Source: an uncultured virus (IMG/VR IMGVR_UViG_3300025287_000001) (taxonomy: Duplodnaviria > Heunggongvirae > Uroviricota > Caudoviricetes). From it: DNA of 64,000 nucleotides. The stretch lies in IMG/VR virus record IMGVR_UViG_3300025287_000001; one strand, given 5' to 3'. Below are positions 40,517-49,545 of the stretch, one piece after another. Made by a program: the position numbers and the translations under genes. Below the pieces are notes generated by a model. It was not told the DNA's origin, made no database searches, and worked only from the letters and a program-made list of their open reading frames with translations. Each line of letters begins with the position of its first letter. The stretch's first letter is position 1.

Positions 40517-41049
40517 TTATCTTTTTTGATATCCTTAAGAATCCCTTTCACGTTATTTTTAAGGATTCTACTGTTTCTATCTGATATCATCCTTTCAAGC
40601 TTTTTATTCCTAGAGATAGTCTTCTCAAGCTTTTTTCTCTCGAAGTTACCACTCGATTCGTTAACCATCTTCTTTCTCGAATCTTCCCAGTCTCGAAACA
40701 TCATATTGCCTTTTTCGTAAGCCTCTCTTTCCATCTCCCTCAGATGTTTGTCCTTCTGAGCGTAATCTTCTCCTTCGTAATACACTCCTTGTAGGTCTCC
40801 TCTTACATCTTGATGATAGTGTATCATTTCGTGCGCGAGAGACCTTAAGACATCTTTTACGTGCCTATTCTTGGTATACAGAGTTATTTTCTTATCCGAG
40901 GGAGAATAATAGGCAGTTTTCCCTAGCGGGTTGTCGCAATTCTCTTGATCGTTGTCTTTTAACTCAATATCTGGGGAAGAGTTTAGTGATAGAGAATTTT
41001 GCATATACTCCAAGAGGCTTGCTGATAAATTCTCATAATCACTATTCAT
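40513..41049 (-). CDS. Zinc metallopeptidase-like (HEXXH) protein
   Basis: RHVKDVLRSLAHEMIHYHQ..EMEREAY. Confidence 0.75.
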   Translation of the reverse strand: MNSDYENLSASLLEYMQNSLSLNSSPDIELKDNDQENCDNPLGKTAYYSPSDKKITLYTKNRHVKDVLRSLAHEMIHYHQDVRGDLQGVYYEGEDYAQKDKHLREMEREAYEKGNMMFRDWEDSRKKMVNESSGNFERKKLEKTISRNKKLERMISDRNSRILKNNVKGILKDIKKDK

Positions 41050-41351
41050 TTTAGAACCTCTATCTTTTGCTTTACTTCTTGGACGAACTCTTCGTTTAAC
41101 AGGCTTTCCAATAGCTCATCGTGGAGCAAGTTGGCGTATCTGAGGGAGGCAAGGTTCACGGCCTCTTTTAGGCTTAATTGCTTACTGGATAGTCCAAACT
41201 GAATATCGTCTGATTCTTCTATTATCTTCATTATAATATTTTCAGATATACTCTTTTTTGGTCCTGCGGACTCCAAAAGCGGCATTTTTAGCTTGCTTTT
41301 CAGGATTTCCTCTCGGATAATATTCTCTAGGTCAGCTTTCTTGATTTTCAT
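41046..41351 (-). CDS. Hypothetical, probable processed head protein
   Basis: MKIKKADLENIIREEI; several LLE/ISE/LKE/LNE motifs. Confidence 0.65.
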   Translation of the reverse strand: MKIKKADLENIIREEILKSKLKMPLLESAGPKKSISENIIMKIIEESDDIQFGLSSKQLSLKEAVNLASLRYANLLHDELLESLLNEEFVQEVKQKIEVLK

Positions 41352-41644
41352 ATTTCACCTCTTTTAGTGCGATTTTCGATCTTGTCAAGGATTTTTCTTA
41401 GTTCGAAGTTGACTTTTTTCATCCCCAAGAGATCCTCTTCCTCTAAGTCGTTATCATCAACCATGATTTCTTGTAGTTCTTCTGCGACCATTATAATATC
41501 TTCGAGCATAATCTTCGTAGAATATTTCAGAAACTCTGCTATTTTTTGTTCAGGATCTTTATCTTGTTGGATATCATTGACGAGCTTGTAGTCTTTTATG
41601 AACTTTTCATACTCTTCAAAGATTGCTTTTTCTAGATTATCCAA
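41348..41644 (-). CDS. Hypothetical acidic protein
   Basis: TTG start with GGAG SD; coupled to next gene. Confidence 0.6.
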   Translation of the reverse strand: MDNLEKAIFEEYEKFIKDYKLVNDIQQDKDPEQKIAEFLKYSTKIMLEDIIMVAEELQEIMVDDNDLEEEDLLGMKKVNFELRKILDKIENRTKRGEI

Positions 41645-41885
41645 GTTATTCTCCCATTATTGTTAATTTATCAGTCATTATCATATCGTATATATATGTT
41701 TCATGAAACGATATTATCATATTCGTAATCGGATCGCAAAATATAATAATCTCCTTCTTGTCATCAACCATGAGAAATATTAAAACTTTTTCTCTGGAGT
41801 GGTGTTCTGGATATAGGATCACAATATCATCTTTCGAGAATTTAGCTTTTAAAAAGTCACCGATATACACGTAAGAGCCAGTATA

Positions 41886-42497
41886 ATGAAAAAACATGTG
41901 AAAAGAACCGAAGAAAACACAAATCAGGTTCAAGATAGTTGTTGGGGCGCGTTCCTCGATAGCCTTCTTTCCAGAGAAACCACGCTCTTTATGGAACAAG
42001 AGAAGGCTGAGATACAAGAGATGATAGCTTCCGGGGCTCTGGATGACCCGGACAAATTCATTTCTTACGCTTACTCTGTTATAAATAGGCGAAAAAGACG
42101 AATGGGCCTTACACTTGAGAAGCATTTAGAGTTTTTATTCAAGCTTGCTGGACTGGATTACACTTATCAGGATGAAGTAGGGCATCATGTTGTAGATTTT
42201 ACATTCCCGTCTTCGGCAAGCATTAGAGATGGAAAGCCTTATTACTATATGCTGAGTGTTAAGTCTACTTGCAACGATAGATGGAGAACGGCAACCAATG
42301 AGGCTACAGAATGTCAAAACAGGTATTTCTTTACTCTGGATGACAACATCCCTGTTAAATACACAGAGGAGATGCGCGATATCGGGTACACGATAGTGGC
42401 CCCGGAAAGCAATTTGGAGGCGTTGTCGGGGAGCGCCACAGAGGTTATAGGACTCTCTGAGTTTATCCGTAGGGTAAGGGAGGATTTTTCAGACTAA
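41886..42497 (+). CDS. EcoRII C-terminal-like type II restriction endonuclease domain
   Basis: NRRKRRMGLTLEKHL..DFTFPS..LSVKSTCNDRWR resembles the EcoRII catalytic RxxRxG..D..KxxxxxRW pattern. Confidence 0.8.
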   Translation: MKKHVKRTEENTNQVQDSCWGAFLDSLLSRETTLFMEQEKAEIQEMIASGALDDPDKFISYAYSVINRRKRRMGLTLEKHLEFLFKLAGLDYTYQDEVGHHVVDFTFPSSASIRDGKPYYYMLSVKSTCNDRWRTATNEATECQNRYFFTLDDNIPVKYTEEMRDIGYTIVAPESNLEALSGSATEVIGLSEFIRRVREDFSD

Positions 42498-42501
42498 AGG
42501 C

Positions 42502-42529
42502 TTGACCGGGGCGGAGCAGTGCATAGTTT
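42502..42529 (+). promoter_or_regulatory. Cassette-type promoter
   Basis: TTGACC-N16(ends GTGCA)-TAGTTT. Confidence 0.6.
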
Positions 42530-42575
42530 TGATTTCGGGACCGACACGAGACTTGACTGTGTTCACGAGGAAAAA

Positions 42576-42830
42576 ATGAAATTCCGTACAACTTTCACCC
42601 TTATTCTAATGCTCACCTTTGCTCCGTTTGTCCACTTGTTTGGTCGTTCGATGAAGATAATTCAAGTAGGAGAAGCTAGCGCTCTTACTACCTATAGCGC
42701 TTATTTTTTCGTAATTCTGGGTGTTGTTTTGATGTATATTGGCAGCTATACCGTCCTGTACTTGCTTTCCAAAAAAGGCTTTCTTGGGGAGAAATTGGAA
42801 GAGATGACTAAAGAGAAGGAAGTGAAATGA
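42576..42830 (+). CDS. Two-TM membrane protein
   Basis: GAGG SD before ATG 42576; two hydrophobic segments. Confidence 0.7.
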   Translation: MKFRTTFTLILMLTFAPFVHLFGRSMKIIQVGEASALTTYSAYFFVILGVVLMYIGSYTVLYLLSKKGFLGEKLEEMTKEKEVK

Positions 42831-43147
42831 TTATCAAGATGTATCACCCTGCAATGATTTCACTAAGAGAAGAATTTTCCAACAAGCAGTTTCACACAAA
42901 CTATACAGATGCAGTCTTGGAGAACGACGTGCCTCTTTATAGTTATGATCTTGATGGAGTAGAGGTCCATGAATCATTTCAGTATTTGGTTGCCTATGAA
43001 CAAATCTCTCTGGTTTTTGTAGACTTCGTTGTATTAGGCAAGCATCATGGTCAATGGGCCATAGAGGAGGTCGAAGATATTATGCGAAACATTTACGATG
43101 AGAATGGACAGATAAACCCTGATTACGCTTCAGAGATGCTATCTTAA
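42827..43147 (+). CDS. Hypothetical protein
   Basis: ATGA-coupled ORF. Confidence 0.65.
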   Translation: MIIKMYHPAMISLREEFSNKQFHTNYTDAVLENDVPLYSYDLDGVEVHESFQYLVAYEQISLVFVDFVVLGKHHGQWAIEEVEDIMRNIYDENGQINPDYASEMLS

Positions 43148-43785
43148 GGTTGCCCCTTCTTCAAGACCGAGAAGATGTTGTTTTTTCCAACTCTTATGAT
43201 GTTATCTATTCTTCCTAGTTCTTCTTCCGAAATAGAATCTCCGTGTGCCCATACTATGGATAAGTAATAAAAAGCCCCTTCGATATCAAGTAATTTCACC
43301 ACCTTGGACATCTTTATACCCTTAGATAAATAAAGGTTTCTTAGAATGCCTTCATCCATCTCATCTATGATTATCTGTGTCTCTCCGTGTTGCTTGACAT
43401 CCATCAACATGTGAATATATTGCTGATCGAGAGGTTGATCTTGCCAGCTTTTAAGCACAGACGTAGAAGAAGGGCCGTATACTTCATAGATTACACTGGA
43501 GTATAGTTTGCACCCAGGCCTTGGTATGCTGCCGCCGTTGCTGGCTTTTAGCAGGACGACGTGAGATGCGTTGCACTCTGCCATTATTTGGTTAAGATGG
43601 GAGAAGATTTTGGCAACTTCATTAATGACGTTGCCCATCTTCTCTCCTTTCTTATTATCTGATCTTTCTAATAGCCACTTCCAAAATGAAGTAATGGTGT
43701 TTAAGGTGCTTCCTGTAGTCAATATGCTAACAAGAATGATTATTATAACGCTCCAATTTGGTAGTGATGAAACTGCTTCCCACAT
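43144..43785 (-). CDS. N-terminal TM + GAF-like domain; putative T4 gpT-like holin
   Basis: GGAGGAG SD; one TM helix; NASHVVLLKASNGG..SSVIYEV motif. Confidence 0.55.
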   Translation of the reverse strand: MWEAVSSLPNWSVIIIILVSILTTGSTLNTITSFWKWLLERSDNKKGEKMGNVINEVAKIFSHLNQIMAECNASHVVLLKASNGGSIPRPGCKLYSSVIYEVYGPSSTSVLKSWQDQPLDQQYIHMLMDVKQHGETQIIIDEMDEGILRNLYLSKGIKMSKVVKLLDIEGAFYYLSIVWAHGDSISEEELGRIDNIIRVGKNNIFSVLKKGQP

Positions 43786-43864
43786 TTTTCTCCTCCGAAG
43801 TTGCTCCTCAAGTAAATGTCATGCTATAAGTATGAGCTAATAACTAAAAACTAGGTAAGTCACA

Positions 43865-44074
43865 ATGATTAATTCTCTTGTTTTTTCTAAAATACCGTAT
43901 TGCCCTAGAGTATTTCATTATAGAAACATGGCTTATAATATTTCTCTATCTAATCACCTAGAAGGATACAGTAACTATAATATAACCACTATGATTTACA
44001 ATTTATCTATTTACCATGTTTATCCCTTTATAAGGAGACAAGCCTTTATTAACTTTGAGGTATCGTATAAATGA
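43865..44074 (+). CDS. Mini-paralog array member
   Basis: MINSL start, 69 aa. Confidence 0.65.
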   Translation: MINSLVFSKIPYCPRVFHYRNMAYNISLSNHLEGYSNYNITTMIYNLSIYHVYPFIRRQAFINFEVSYK

Positions 44075-44277
44075 TTTTATCCACAGAAGCGATAGAGAAG
44101 ATAGGCAAAGAAGGAATCATCCTTTGCGATTTTATGATTCAAGATCTGAAGTACTGTCCTGAAAGTTATTGTATTGGCTTCGCATCTATAAGATATATCG
44201 CTCAAGATGTGTTTTCATGCGAAGATGTTTTCTCCCCTAGTTTGTTTGTCTTGTACCCGAGGATAGAGAGGATATGA
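44071..44277 (+). CDS. Mini-paralog array member
   Basis: MILS start, ATGA coupling. Confidence 0.65.
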   Translation: MILSTEAIEKIGKEGIILCDFMIQDLKYCPESYCIGFASIRYIAQDVFSCEDVFSPSLFVLYPRIERI

Positions 44278-44489
44278 TTAATCTCGCGTTCTCCTGCAAT
44301 GTGATTGATTCTGAAGATAGGCCTATGCTTGTAACCACTTACTTTGCGGGCGACAAGATGGGTCGGGATTTCATTCGAGATACTCGTGAAATAAACTTTT
44401 CAATCAATAACAAACTAGAACATTTTGTAGTGCCGGTGATTAACCTTATCATTCCGTGGGGCATAACCTATCATGGCAGGTCCAAATAA
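44274..44489 (+). CDS. Mini-paralog array member
   Basis: MINL..EDRPM. Confidence 0.7.
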   Translation: MINLAFSCNVIDSEDRPMLVTTYFAGDKMGRDFIRDTREINFSINNKLEHFVVPVINLIIPWGITYHGRSK

Positions 44490-44684
44490 ATGATTACATC
44501 TTCGACCTACAGTAAACTTGTTCATAGAGAGGATAGGTTCTTTAGTGTAGAATACTTGCATATGTTTACTAATTTAGACGTTGAAGCACCAAAGATACTG
44601 AGTAGACTAGACCTTTATCGCTCTATGGCGTTTTACGCATGCTTGAGTGTATATCGTCATCATGTTCAGGTGCTAGAGTTATGA
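44490..44684 (+). CDS. Mini-paralog array member
   Basis: MITS..EDRFF. Confidence 0.7.
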   Translation: MITSSTYSKLVHREDRFFSVEYLHMFTNLDVEAPKILSRLDLYRSMAFYACLSVYRHHVQVLEL

Positions 44685-44881
44685 TAATTTTATATCCGCA
44701 TAACTACACAAATGATTTGAAGACCAACATGATTTACTTCAAGCACGGAAGATCCGCCTTTTCCAGAGATCAGATATACATATCTGGAGATTTTTATCCT
44801 AATGTCTACTTTCACAGAATAGCAACTTATAGAATCACAAATGTGATACCACGAGAATTAGTTCTATGGAGGGTACAATAG
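44681..44881 (+). CDS. Mini-paralog array member
   Basis: MIILYP from ATGA-coupled start 44681. Confidence 0.65.
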   Translation: MIILYPHNYTNDLKTNMIYFKHGRSAFSRDQIYISGDFYPNVYFHRIATYRITNVIPRELVLWRVQ

Positions 44882-45073
44882 ATGAATACAGCTAGATCAA
44901 TTGTTTGCCTGGAACCATACGGTGAAAGACCTTGGTTGTGCAAGAGCCTTTCATACGACAAAAAGAGTTTTACAACAAGGTTCATTGATAAAGCTTGTTT
45001 ATACGGCATACACTTATTTTCGTTAGATTTTTTCTTTCAATATAATGTCAGGATTATAGAATATAAGAGGTAG
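44882..45073 (+). CDS. Mini-paralog array member
   Basis: MNTA..ERPW..FTTRF. Confidence 0.7.
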   Translation: MNTARSIVCLEPYGERPWLCKSLSYDKKSFTTRFIDKACLYGIHLFSLDFFFQYNVRIIEYKR

Positions 45074-45077
45074 AAAA

Positions 45078-45287
45078 ATGAATATATTAAAGCCGTATTG
45101 TTACTTCGCAGATAGTGACCACCTTCGCATGTACTACATTTACCCCTACAATGTTACTAGAAGGTTCACTACCAGGAAGTTTGAGTCTTGGCATTTGACT
45201 AACAGGTTTATTGCAGACAGTGCCTTGTCCAAGTTCATAGAGATTAGAATGACAGCAATAAAATACAACAAGGCCATGCATGATTAA
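45078..45287 (+). CDS. Mini-paralog array member
   Basis: MNILKP..FTTRKF. Confidence 0.7.
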   Translation: MNILKPYCYFADSDHLRMYYIYPYNVTRRFTTRKFESWHLTNRFIADSALSKFIEIRMTAIKYNKAMHD

Positions 45288-45477
45288 TTCAATTGGTGTT
45301 TGTTATATTGAGAATAGAAATGATAGGCCGTGGAAAGTTTTCTTTATGAGGGTACACCATGGGGATGATGGCATAGATGAGCAAAGATTCTTTCATTACT
45401 ATAACTTCTACCATTACAGTGCATTTGATATACCTGTCATAACAATAGATCGTCTTAGCATGTTCGAGAAAAAATGA
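45280..45477 (+). CDS. Mini-paralog array member
   Basis: MINSI..NDRPW. Confidence 0.7.
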   Translation: MINSIGVCYIENRNDRPWKVFFMRVHHGDDGIDEQRFFHYYNFYHYSAFDIPVITIDRLSMFEKK

Positions 45478-45905
45478 ATCTAGTAAAGCCAATAGTAGGA
45501 ATCGTAGGAAAAGATTTCTGGGTTCTAGACGGGAGGCACGTTATCAGAAGCTCGAAGAATATTAGATCAATGCAAACTGTTTATCTATATGGCACTCAAC
45601 CAACAAGCAATATCTGCCTTTACGATCTTACTGGAGATAGGGAGGAGCTATGGGGTCTTGCTAAGAATGCGTTGGTTGTACGAGACGCACGTCAAGAAGA
45701 TATAATGAAACTTAGAGAAGCAATTGCTACTGTTCTAAAAGAACAAAGCAAGTTTATTTCAATGAGGTCCTTGTTTTCTAAAGTTTTTAGAATGACAGGC
45801 CATAAGGAATCTTCATGCCATATTGAAGTTATGAAAATGGAAAACGAAGGCTTGGTAGAATATTCGATAGGCAGAAAAGTAAGGTTAGTTGGTAATGATG
45901 TATGA
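45474..45905 (+). CDS. Mini-paralog array member fused in frame to a winged-helix-like domain
   Basis: MNLVKP..KDFW then MKLREAIATVLKE..MENEGLVEYS. Confidence 0.6.
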   Translation: MNLVKPIVGIVGKDFWVLDGRHVIRSSKNIRSMQTVYLYGTQPTSNICLYDLTGDREELWGLAKNALVVRDARQEDIMKLREAIATVLKEQSKFISMRSLFSKVFRMTGHKESSCHIEVMKMENEGLVEYSIGRKVRLVGNDV

Positions 45906-46111
45906 TTAACATCAATAACTTTGGTGCTTTAGTAGAACGTCATGAAAAATTTTGGTGCGTTGTACCTTTGTTCTATAGGGGCATCGACAACAATCGAGAT
46001 AAATCCAGATCACCGTATGGAGCTGGTCGGTTGAGGTGGGAGATTTACAAGATTAATAGTAGAGATCTTATGGGCTTCGAGAGATTTAGGGCAATAATCC
46101 ACAACTGGTGA
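45902..46111 (+). CDS. Mini-paralog array member
   Basis: MININ..EKFWC. Confidence 0.7.
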   Translation: MININNFGALVERHEKFWCVVPLFYRGIDNNRDKSRSPYGAGRLRWEIYKINSRDLMGFERFRAIIHNW

Positions 46112-46115
46112 AAGT

Positions 46116-46322
46116 ATGAATATAGTGTTCCCCATTATATGCCTCAATGAAGATTCATTCTATGAACTTTCTTTAAGGTTTATCGCTGAGATTAGAGAGC
46201 CAACGAGACGGGTTCTTTTCGATTCACTACACACCACTTTGAAACCTAAATTTGATCTCTCTCCTATAATAACAATGAAGATACCGGAGATAATTGAGTT
46301 TGATATTTATTACAGGGAGTAA
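46116..46322 (+). CDS. Mini-paralog array member
   Basis: MNIVFP..EDSFY. Confidence 0.7.
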   Translation: MNIVFPIICLNEDSFYELSLRFIAEIREPTRRVLFDSLHTTLKPKFDLSPIITMKIPEIIEFDIYYRE

Positions 46323-46324
46323 CC

Positions 46325-46555
46325 ATGAATATACTTTCATCCTTGAAATTGGTAAAAGAAGACATTCACTGGAGTTTGTTTTTGATGTTTGGTAATTTAG
46401 ATTACACGCCTAATAGGATGAAGTCAGAAAGAGAATTTAGAAATCACATACACGGAAGTTTCTATCCCCCGAAACACTTCTTTAGGGCAACCACAGAAGT
46501 AAGATTTATGAACCTTACCTTTAATTCTAAGTTTCATTCTCTATATGATAGATAG
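46325..46555 (+). CDS. Mini-paralog array member
   Basis: MNILS..EDIHW. Confidence 0.7.
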   Translation: MNILSSLKLVKEDIHWSLFLMFGNLDYTPNRMKSEREFRNHIHGSFYPPKHFFRATTEVRFMNLTFNSKFHSLYDR

Positions 46556-46727
46556 AGATTCCCTAAAGTGCATAATCATTTCTCTAATTGTAAGTCTTGC
46601 AATTATTGTGGCATCAGTTACTGCTCATGATACAAGATTTGCGATTAAACTAAGAACTGCCTTCTATGGCAAAGAAATAACCAAGAGCCAACAACATGAT
46701 TGTAATCAGGCCAGCCAAAGCCATTGA
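46545..46727 (+). CDS. Small membrane protein (non-family insert)
   Basis: Hydrophobic CIIISLIVSLAIIVASV. Confidence 0.55.
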   Translation: MIDRDSLKCIIISLIVSLAIIVASVTAHDTRFAIKLRTAFYGKEITKSQQHDCNQASQSH

Positions 46728-46998
46728 TAGAGAAGGGTGCTGGGTCTTTTACAGGATATATCCCTACTATTCTGAATTGGAACGAAGAGTGTCAAGGAAT
46801 ATATTCAATATGCCCTCATCTCTGCTAGGGATCACTTCACTGTCGGGAATGGCAACACTCTTTGCCCCTTCCTTTAATATGCAGCTTATGATATTTGCTA
46901 GACATACAATCAAGTCTGGTGCTGCTGCGTCGATCAGCGAAGCTGTTGGCGGGCAAAAAGGAAAAGAGATCATGAAGTCCTTCGAGAATCTTCAATAA
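46696..46998 (+). CDS. Mini-paralog array member with C-terminal extension
   Basis: MIVIRP..EGCW..IYPY. Confidence 0.65.
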   Translation: MIVIRPAKAIDREGCWVFYRIYPYYSELERRVSRNIFNMPSSLLGITSLSGMATLFAPSFNMQLMIFARHTIKSGAAASISEAVGGQKGKEIMKSFENLQ

Positions 46999-47090
46999 AA
47001 ATAAGAGAGAACTATGAAAATGTTAATTGATAGGATAACCCAAGAAGAGATCGCAACGGAAATGAACAAAACCGCCATGGAGAATCTTCA

Positions 47091-47462
47091 ATGTCTTTTG
47101 CTAAAGTGAAATTTAATTTTCATCTGGAACCATGCGAGTCTCTTGTTGATAATGGCCCTGAGGCGCGCGCGAAAAGCCTCAAAAGGCAACGTTTCTGGGC
47201 CGCTGTGAGGCGCGAAGCATGGGAAGTGAGGGAAGGGTCGCCTGAGAGATTCGAGGCTCTCCTGGGGCTTCTCGGGGACAACGGCAAGTTGCCTTGCGGA
47301 AAAATTTCTTGCACTTGTATGAAATGTACGCAGATTAGTTGTCCGTGGGGCGAGCCATTCCATTGGGATGCTGATGGGTGCCCTTCTTGCTTCGAATATG
47401 AACAAGAAGAGTTTGATGCTCTTTTCGAAGGACATGACACACCTTATCTTTGCCGTGAATGA
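47091..47462 (+). CDS. Cys-rich hypothetical protein (non-family insert)
   Basis: GC-richer codons; CxCxxC and CPSC motifs. Confidence 0.65.
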   Translation: MSFAKVKFNFHLEPCESLVDNGPEARAKSLKRQRFWAAVRREAWEVREGSPERFEALLGLLGDNGKLPCGKISCTCMKCTQISCPWGEPFHWDADGCPSCFEYEQEEFDALFEGHDTPYLCRE

Positions 47463-47465
47463 AGG

Positions 47466-47678
47466 ATGATCACTTCCAAGCCTGCTGATAATGTGCCTAG
47501 ACTTAGTTTTCGCAAAATAATCTACAAATATATAAGTTACTCTTGGAAGACAGTCGATATTAGTAATCATAGATTTATTTATGATCTCTTCGTGGAATGC
47601 TATGGAGGAGGGTACGCGAGCAATTCTTATGACTTGATAATTTTCACGGTATCAAGAAAATGTTCGATCTTGGATTAG
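47466..47678 (+). CDS. Mini-paralog array member
   Basis: MITSKP, 70 aa. Confidence 0.7.
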   Translation: MITSKPADNVPRLSFRKIIYKYISYSWKTVDISNHRFIYDLFVECYGGGYASNSYDLIIFTVSRKCSILD

Positions 47679-47682
47679 CAAA

Positions 47683-47898
47683 ATGAATACAATATTAGCA
47701 TCGAAAAACATACTAGAGTTGACTTTCTGGAATTGTTATCACTTCTTTGATAATGAACCCAGGAAAGTCGTTGGGATAGCAAGAGAATTGTATCTTCCTG
47801 TAGAATATCTGTATTCAGGTGTTAATTCGGATGCAGATCTATTTCTCTCTCGGACTACGACTCTTCGAGTAACGAAGATTGCGAGGCGAAGAGAGTGA
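47683..47898 (+). CDS. Mini-paralog array member (FWxCxY subfamily)
   Basis: MNTI..TFWNCYHFF. Confidence 0.75.
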   Translation: MNTILASKNILELTFWNCYHFFDNEPRKVVGIARELYLPVEYLYSGVNSDADLFLSRTTTLRVTKIARRRE

Positions 47899-48110
47899 AC
47901 TTAGTATTACCTTTCACCGATGTAGGCGAAATCTCTTTCTGGTCATGTGACTACACTTTCAAACAGGTCAAGGAAATTTCCAGAATCTCGAGAAGATCTA
48001 TACTCACGAAGGCTTATGGCGATATGGGCATTTATTATGCTTGGTGCCTTATGAACCTGACTACAAATAGGCGTGTGACAATAAAATACAACAAGAAGTA
48101 TACATTATGA
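47895..48110 (+). CDS. Mini-paralog array member (FWxCxY subfamily)
   Basis: GTG start; SFWSCDYTF. Confidence 0.75.
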   Translation: MNLVLPFTDVGEISFWSCDYTFKQVKEISRISRRSILTKAYGDMGIYYAWCLMNLTTNRRVTIKYNKKYTL

Positions 48111-48325
48111 TTAGATCTCTAAACTTAAAGGATGTAGTGGGTAATGATAGGTTCTGGGGTTGCAACTATATGTTTAGCGTCATGCACCAAAATCCCGCCG
48201 AAAGCTATTTGACAACATTCAAGGTTCTGCACGAAATAGGCTCTTGGGGCGATATGCCTGGGACTGATAGAGATTTGTTTTATCGGTGCGTCCACTTGAG
48301 GGTGACGGGCTTGTGGGCAATGTGA
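48107..48325 (+). CDS. Mini-paralog array member (FWxCxY subfamily)
   Basis: DRFWGCNYMFS. Confidence 0.75.
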   Translation: MIRSLNLKDVVGNDRFWGCNYMFSVMHQNPAESYLTTFKVLHEIGSWGDMPGTDRDLFYRCVHLRVTGLWAM

Positions 48326-48540
48326 TGATTATATCAAAACCAGTGCAAATTGCGGTCCCTTTTGCTGATAGAGACTGGTCGCTTAAGTACCATCACTTGG
48401 GACCGAATAACTCCATCTCTAATAAGTTATCATATGGATATTTTCATTCTTACCTGCTTCATGATTTAGGTGCTATTGATGAAATGGTCCTCAAGTATCT
48501 TTTGCTTAACGACATGGTAAAACTTAGGCCATCATTATGA
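48325..48540 (+). CDS. Mini-paralog array member
   Basis: MIISKP..DRDW from ATG 48325. Confidence 0.7.
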   Translation: MIISKPVQIAVPFADRDWSLKYHHLGPNNSISNKLSYGYFHSYLLHDLGAIDEMVLKYLLLNDMVKLRPSL

Positions 48541-48770
48541 TTATTTCCATACCATCAAACTATCTTAAGGCTAATCAAACAGGGAGTTGCTTCATAGTCG
48601 TAATTCATGAATACTCATACGAACAATATCACTACTCCAGAAAGGTTAATCAAGATCCTTTTTTCTTTCACATGATTAATTCTTCAAATGACTTGCTTAA
48701 TGATCATGTGCCATTTAGAAACTTGATTAAAATAAAAATCTGCAAACTAGCATGGCATCTAGGGGACTGA
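48537..48770 (+). CDS. Mini-paralog array member
   Basis: MIISIP, ATGA coupling. Confidence 0.65.
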   Translation: MIISIPSNYLKANQTGSCFIVVIHEYSYEQYHYSRKVNQDPFFFHMINSSNDLLNDHVPFRNLIKIKICKLAWHLGD

Positions 48771-48771
48771 G

Positions 48772-48981
48772 ATGATTTTGCTAAGGCCATCATGGCGCAT
48801 AACCAGAGAAAGTGGTGCATTCAACATGAGTTCTGCTTATTGGTCCGAGACCAAAGATGAAAGCATCAACACAAGATTCTTTTTCAGGATCGCAAAAGAT
48901 ATCAACTGGACATCTATGATGCTTAAGGTTGAGATTTTGGGTAGAAAAAGATCTTCAATTATCCCTAACGAAATGTCTTGA
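48772..48981 (+). CDS. Mini-paralog array member
   Basis: MILLRP..ITRE..NTRFF. Confidence 0.7.
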   Translation: MILLRPSWRITRESGAFNMSSAYWSETKDESINTRFFFRIAKDINWTSMMLKVEILGRKRSSIIPNEMS

Positions 48982-48983
48982 GA

Positions 48984-49178
48984 ATGAATGTAATAAAACC
49001 ATTTTATTGTATAACAAAGAGCAACAAAGATTTTTACTACCTTGTCTATCTGCTGCCTTCAGGACGAAAGGCTTTTGAGATCTCGACGAGAGATGCCCAG
49101 GAATTAAGACAGCTGCAAGGATATCCCTTGTGGCTTTTTGTATTCGATGCCACCTGTTTGTTGAAATTCCGCCATTAG
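48984..49178 (+). CDS. Mini-paralog array member (YxLW subfamily)
   Basis: MNVIKP..KDFY..YPLW. Confidence 0.7.
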   Translation: MNVIKPFYCITKSNKDFYYLVYLLPSGRKAFEISTRDAQELRQLQGYPLWLFVFDATCLLKFRH

Positions 49179-49182
49179 ACCC

Positions 49183-49210
49183 TTGACCCACTCCCAGTCG
49201 TGCATACGTT
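49183..49210 (+). promoter_or_regulatory. Cassette-type promoter inside the mini-gene array
   Basis: TTGACC-N16(ends GTGCA)-TACGTT. Confidence 0.7.
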
Positions 49211-49258
49211 ATTAGCAGGACGGAAACGGCAAACAAATAAAACCAAGGGAGCAGGCGA

Positions 49259-49534
49259 ATGTCAGATTCGAAAAGCGAAGCATGGTCGATGGAAATCAAG
49301 TACGATCAGTATGCAATCTTCACAAAGGACTTCAATAAGAAATACCCAGAGAAACGAATCCACGCCATTGATCTCAAAAGTGTAACGGGTATGTTTAGCA
49401 CTCATGTAGAAAGCCCTCATAGGGAAAAGGGCCTGACAGACGTTGTTATCGCCGTGCTCGATAGCCAGATGAGCATGCAGATTTCTTCAGAAGATTGGTC
49501 TGAACTGTTTCACAAGTGGATGATAGTGAGGTAA
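49259..49534 (+). CDS. Hypothetical protein (non-family insert with own promoter)
   Basis: GGGAG SD; 91 aa. Confidence 0.7.
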   Translation: MSDSKSEAWSMEIKYDQYAIFTKDFNKKYPEKRIHAIDLKSVTGMFSTHVESPHREKGLTDVVIAVLDSQMSMQISSEDWSELFHKWMIVR

Positions 49535-49545
49535 GGAGACATGTC

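Noticed and set aside
3234..40720. Many plus-strand ORFs inside the structural block
   Set aside because: Ser/Ile/Leu-rich antisense shadows of long minus-strand genes
41646..42125. 159-aa minus-strand ORF
   Set aside because: First half is antisense to the EcoRII-like gene; a shorter gene in 41646-41900 is possible but the start is unsupported
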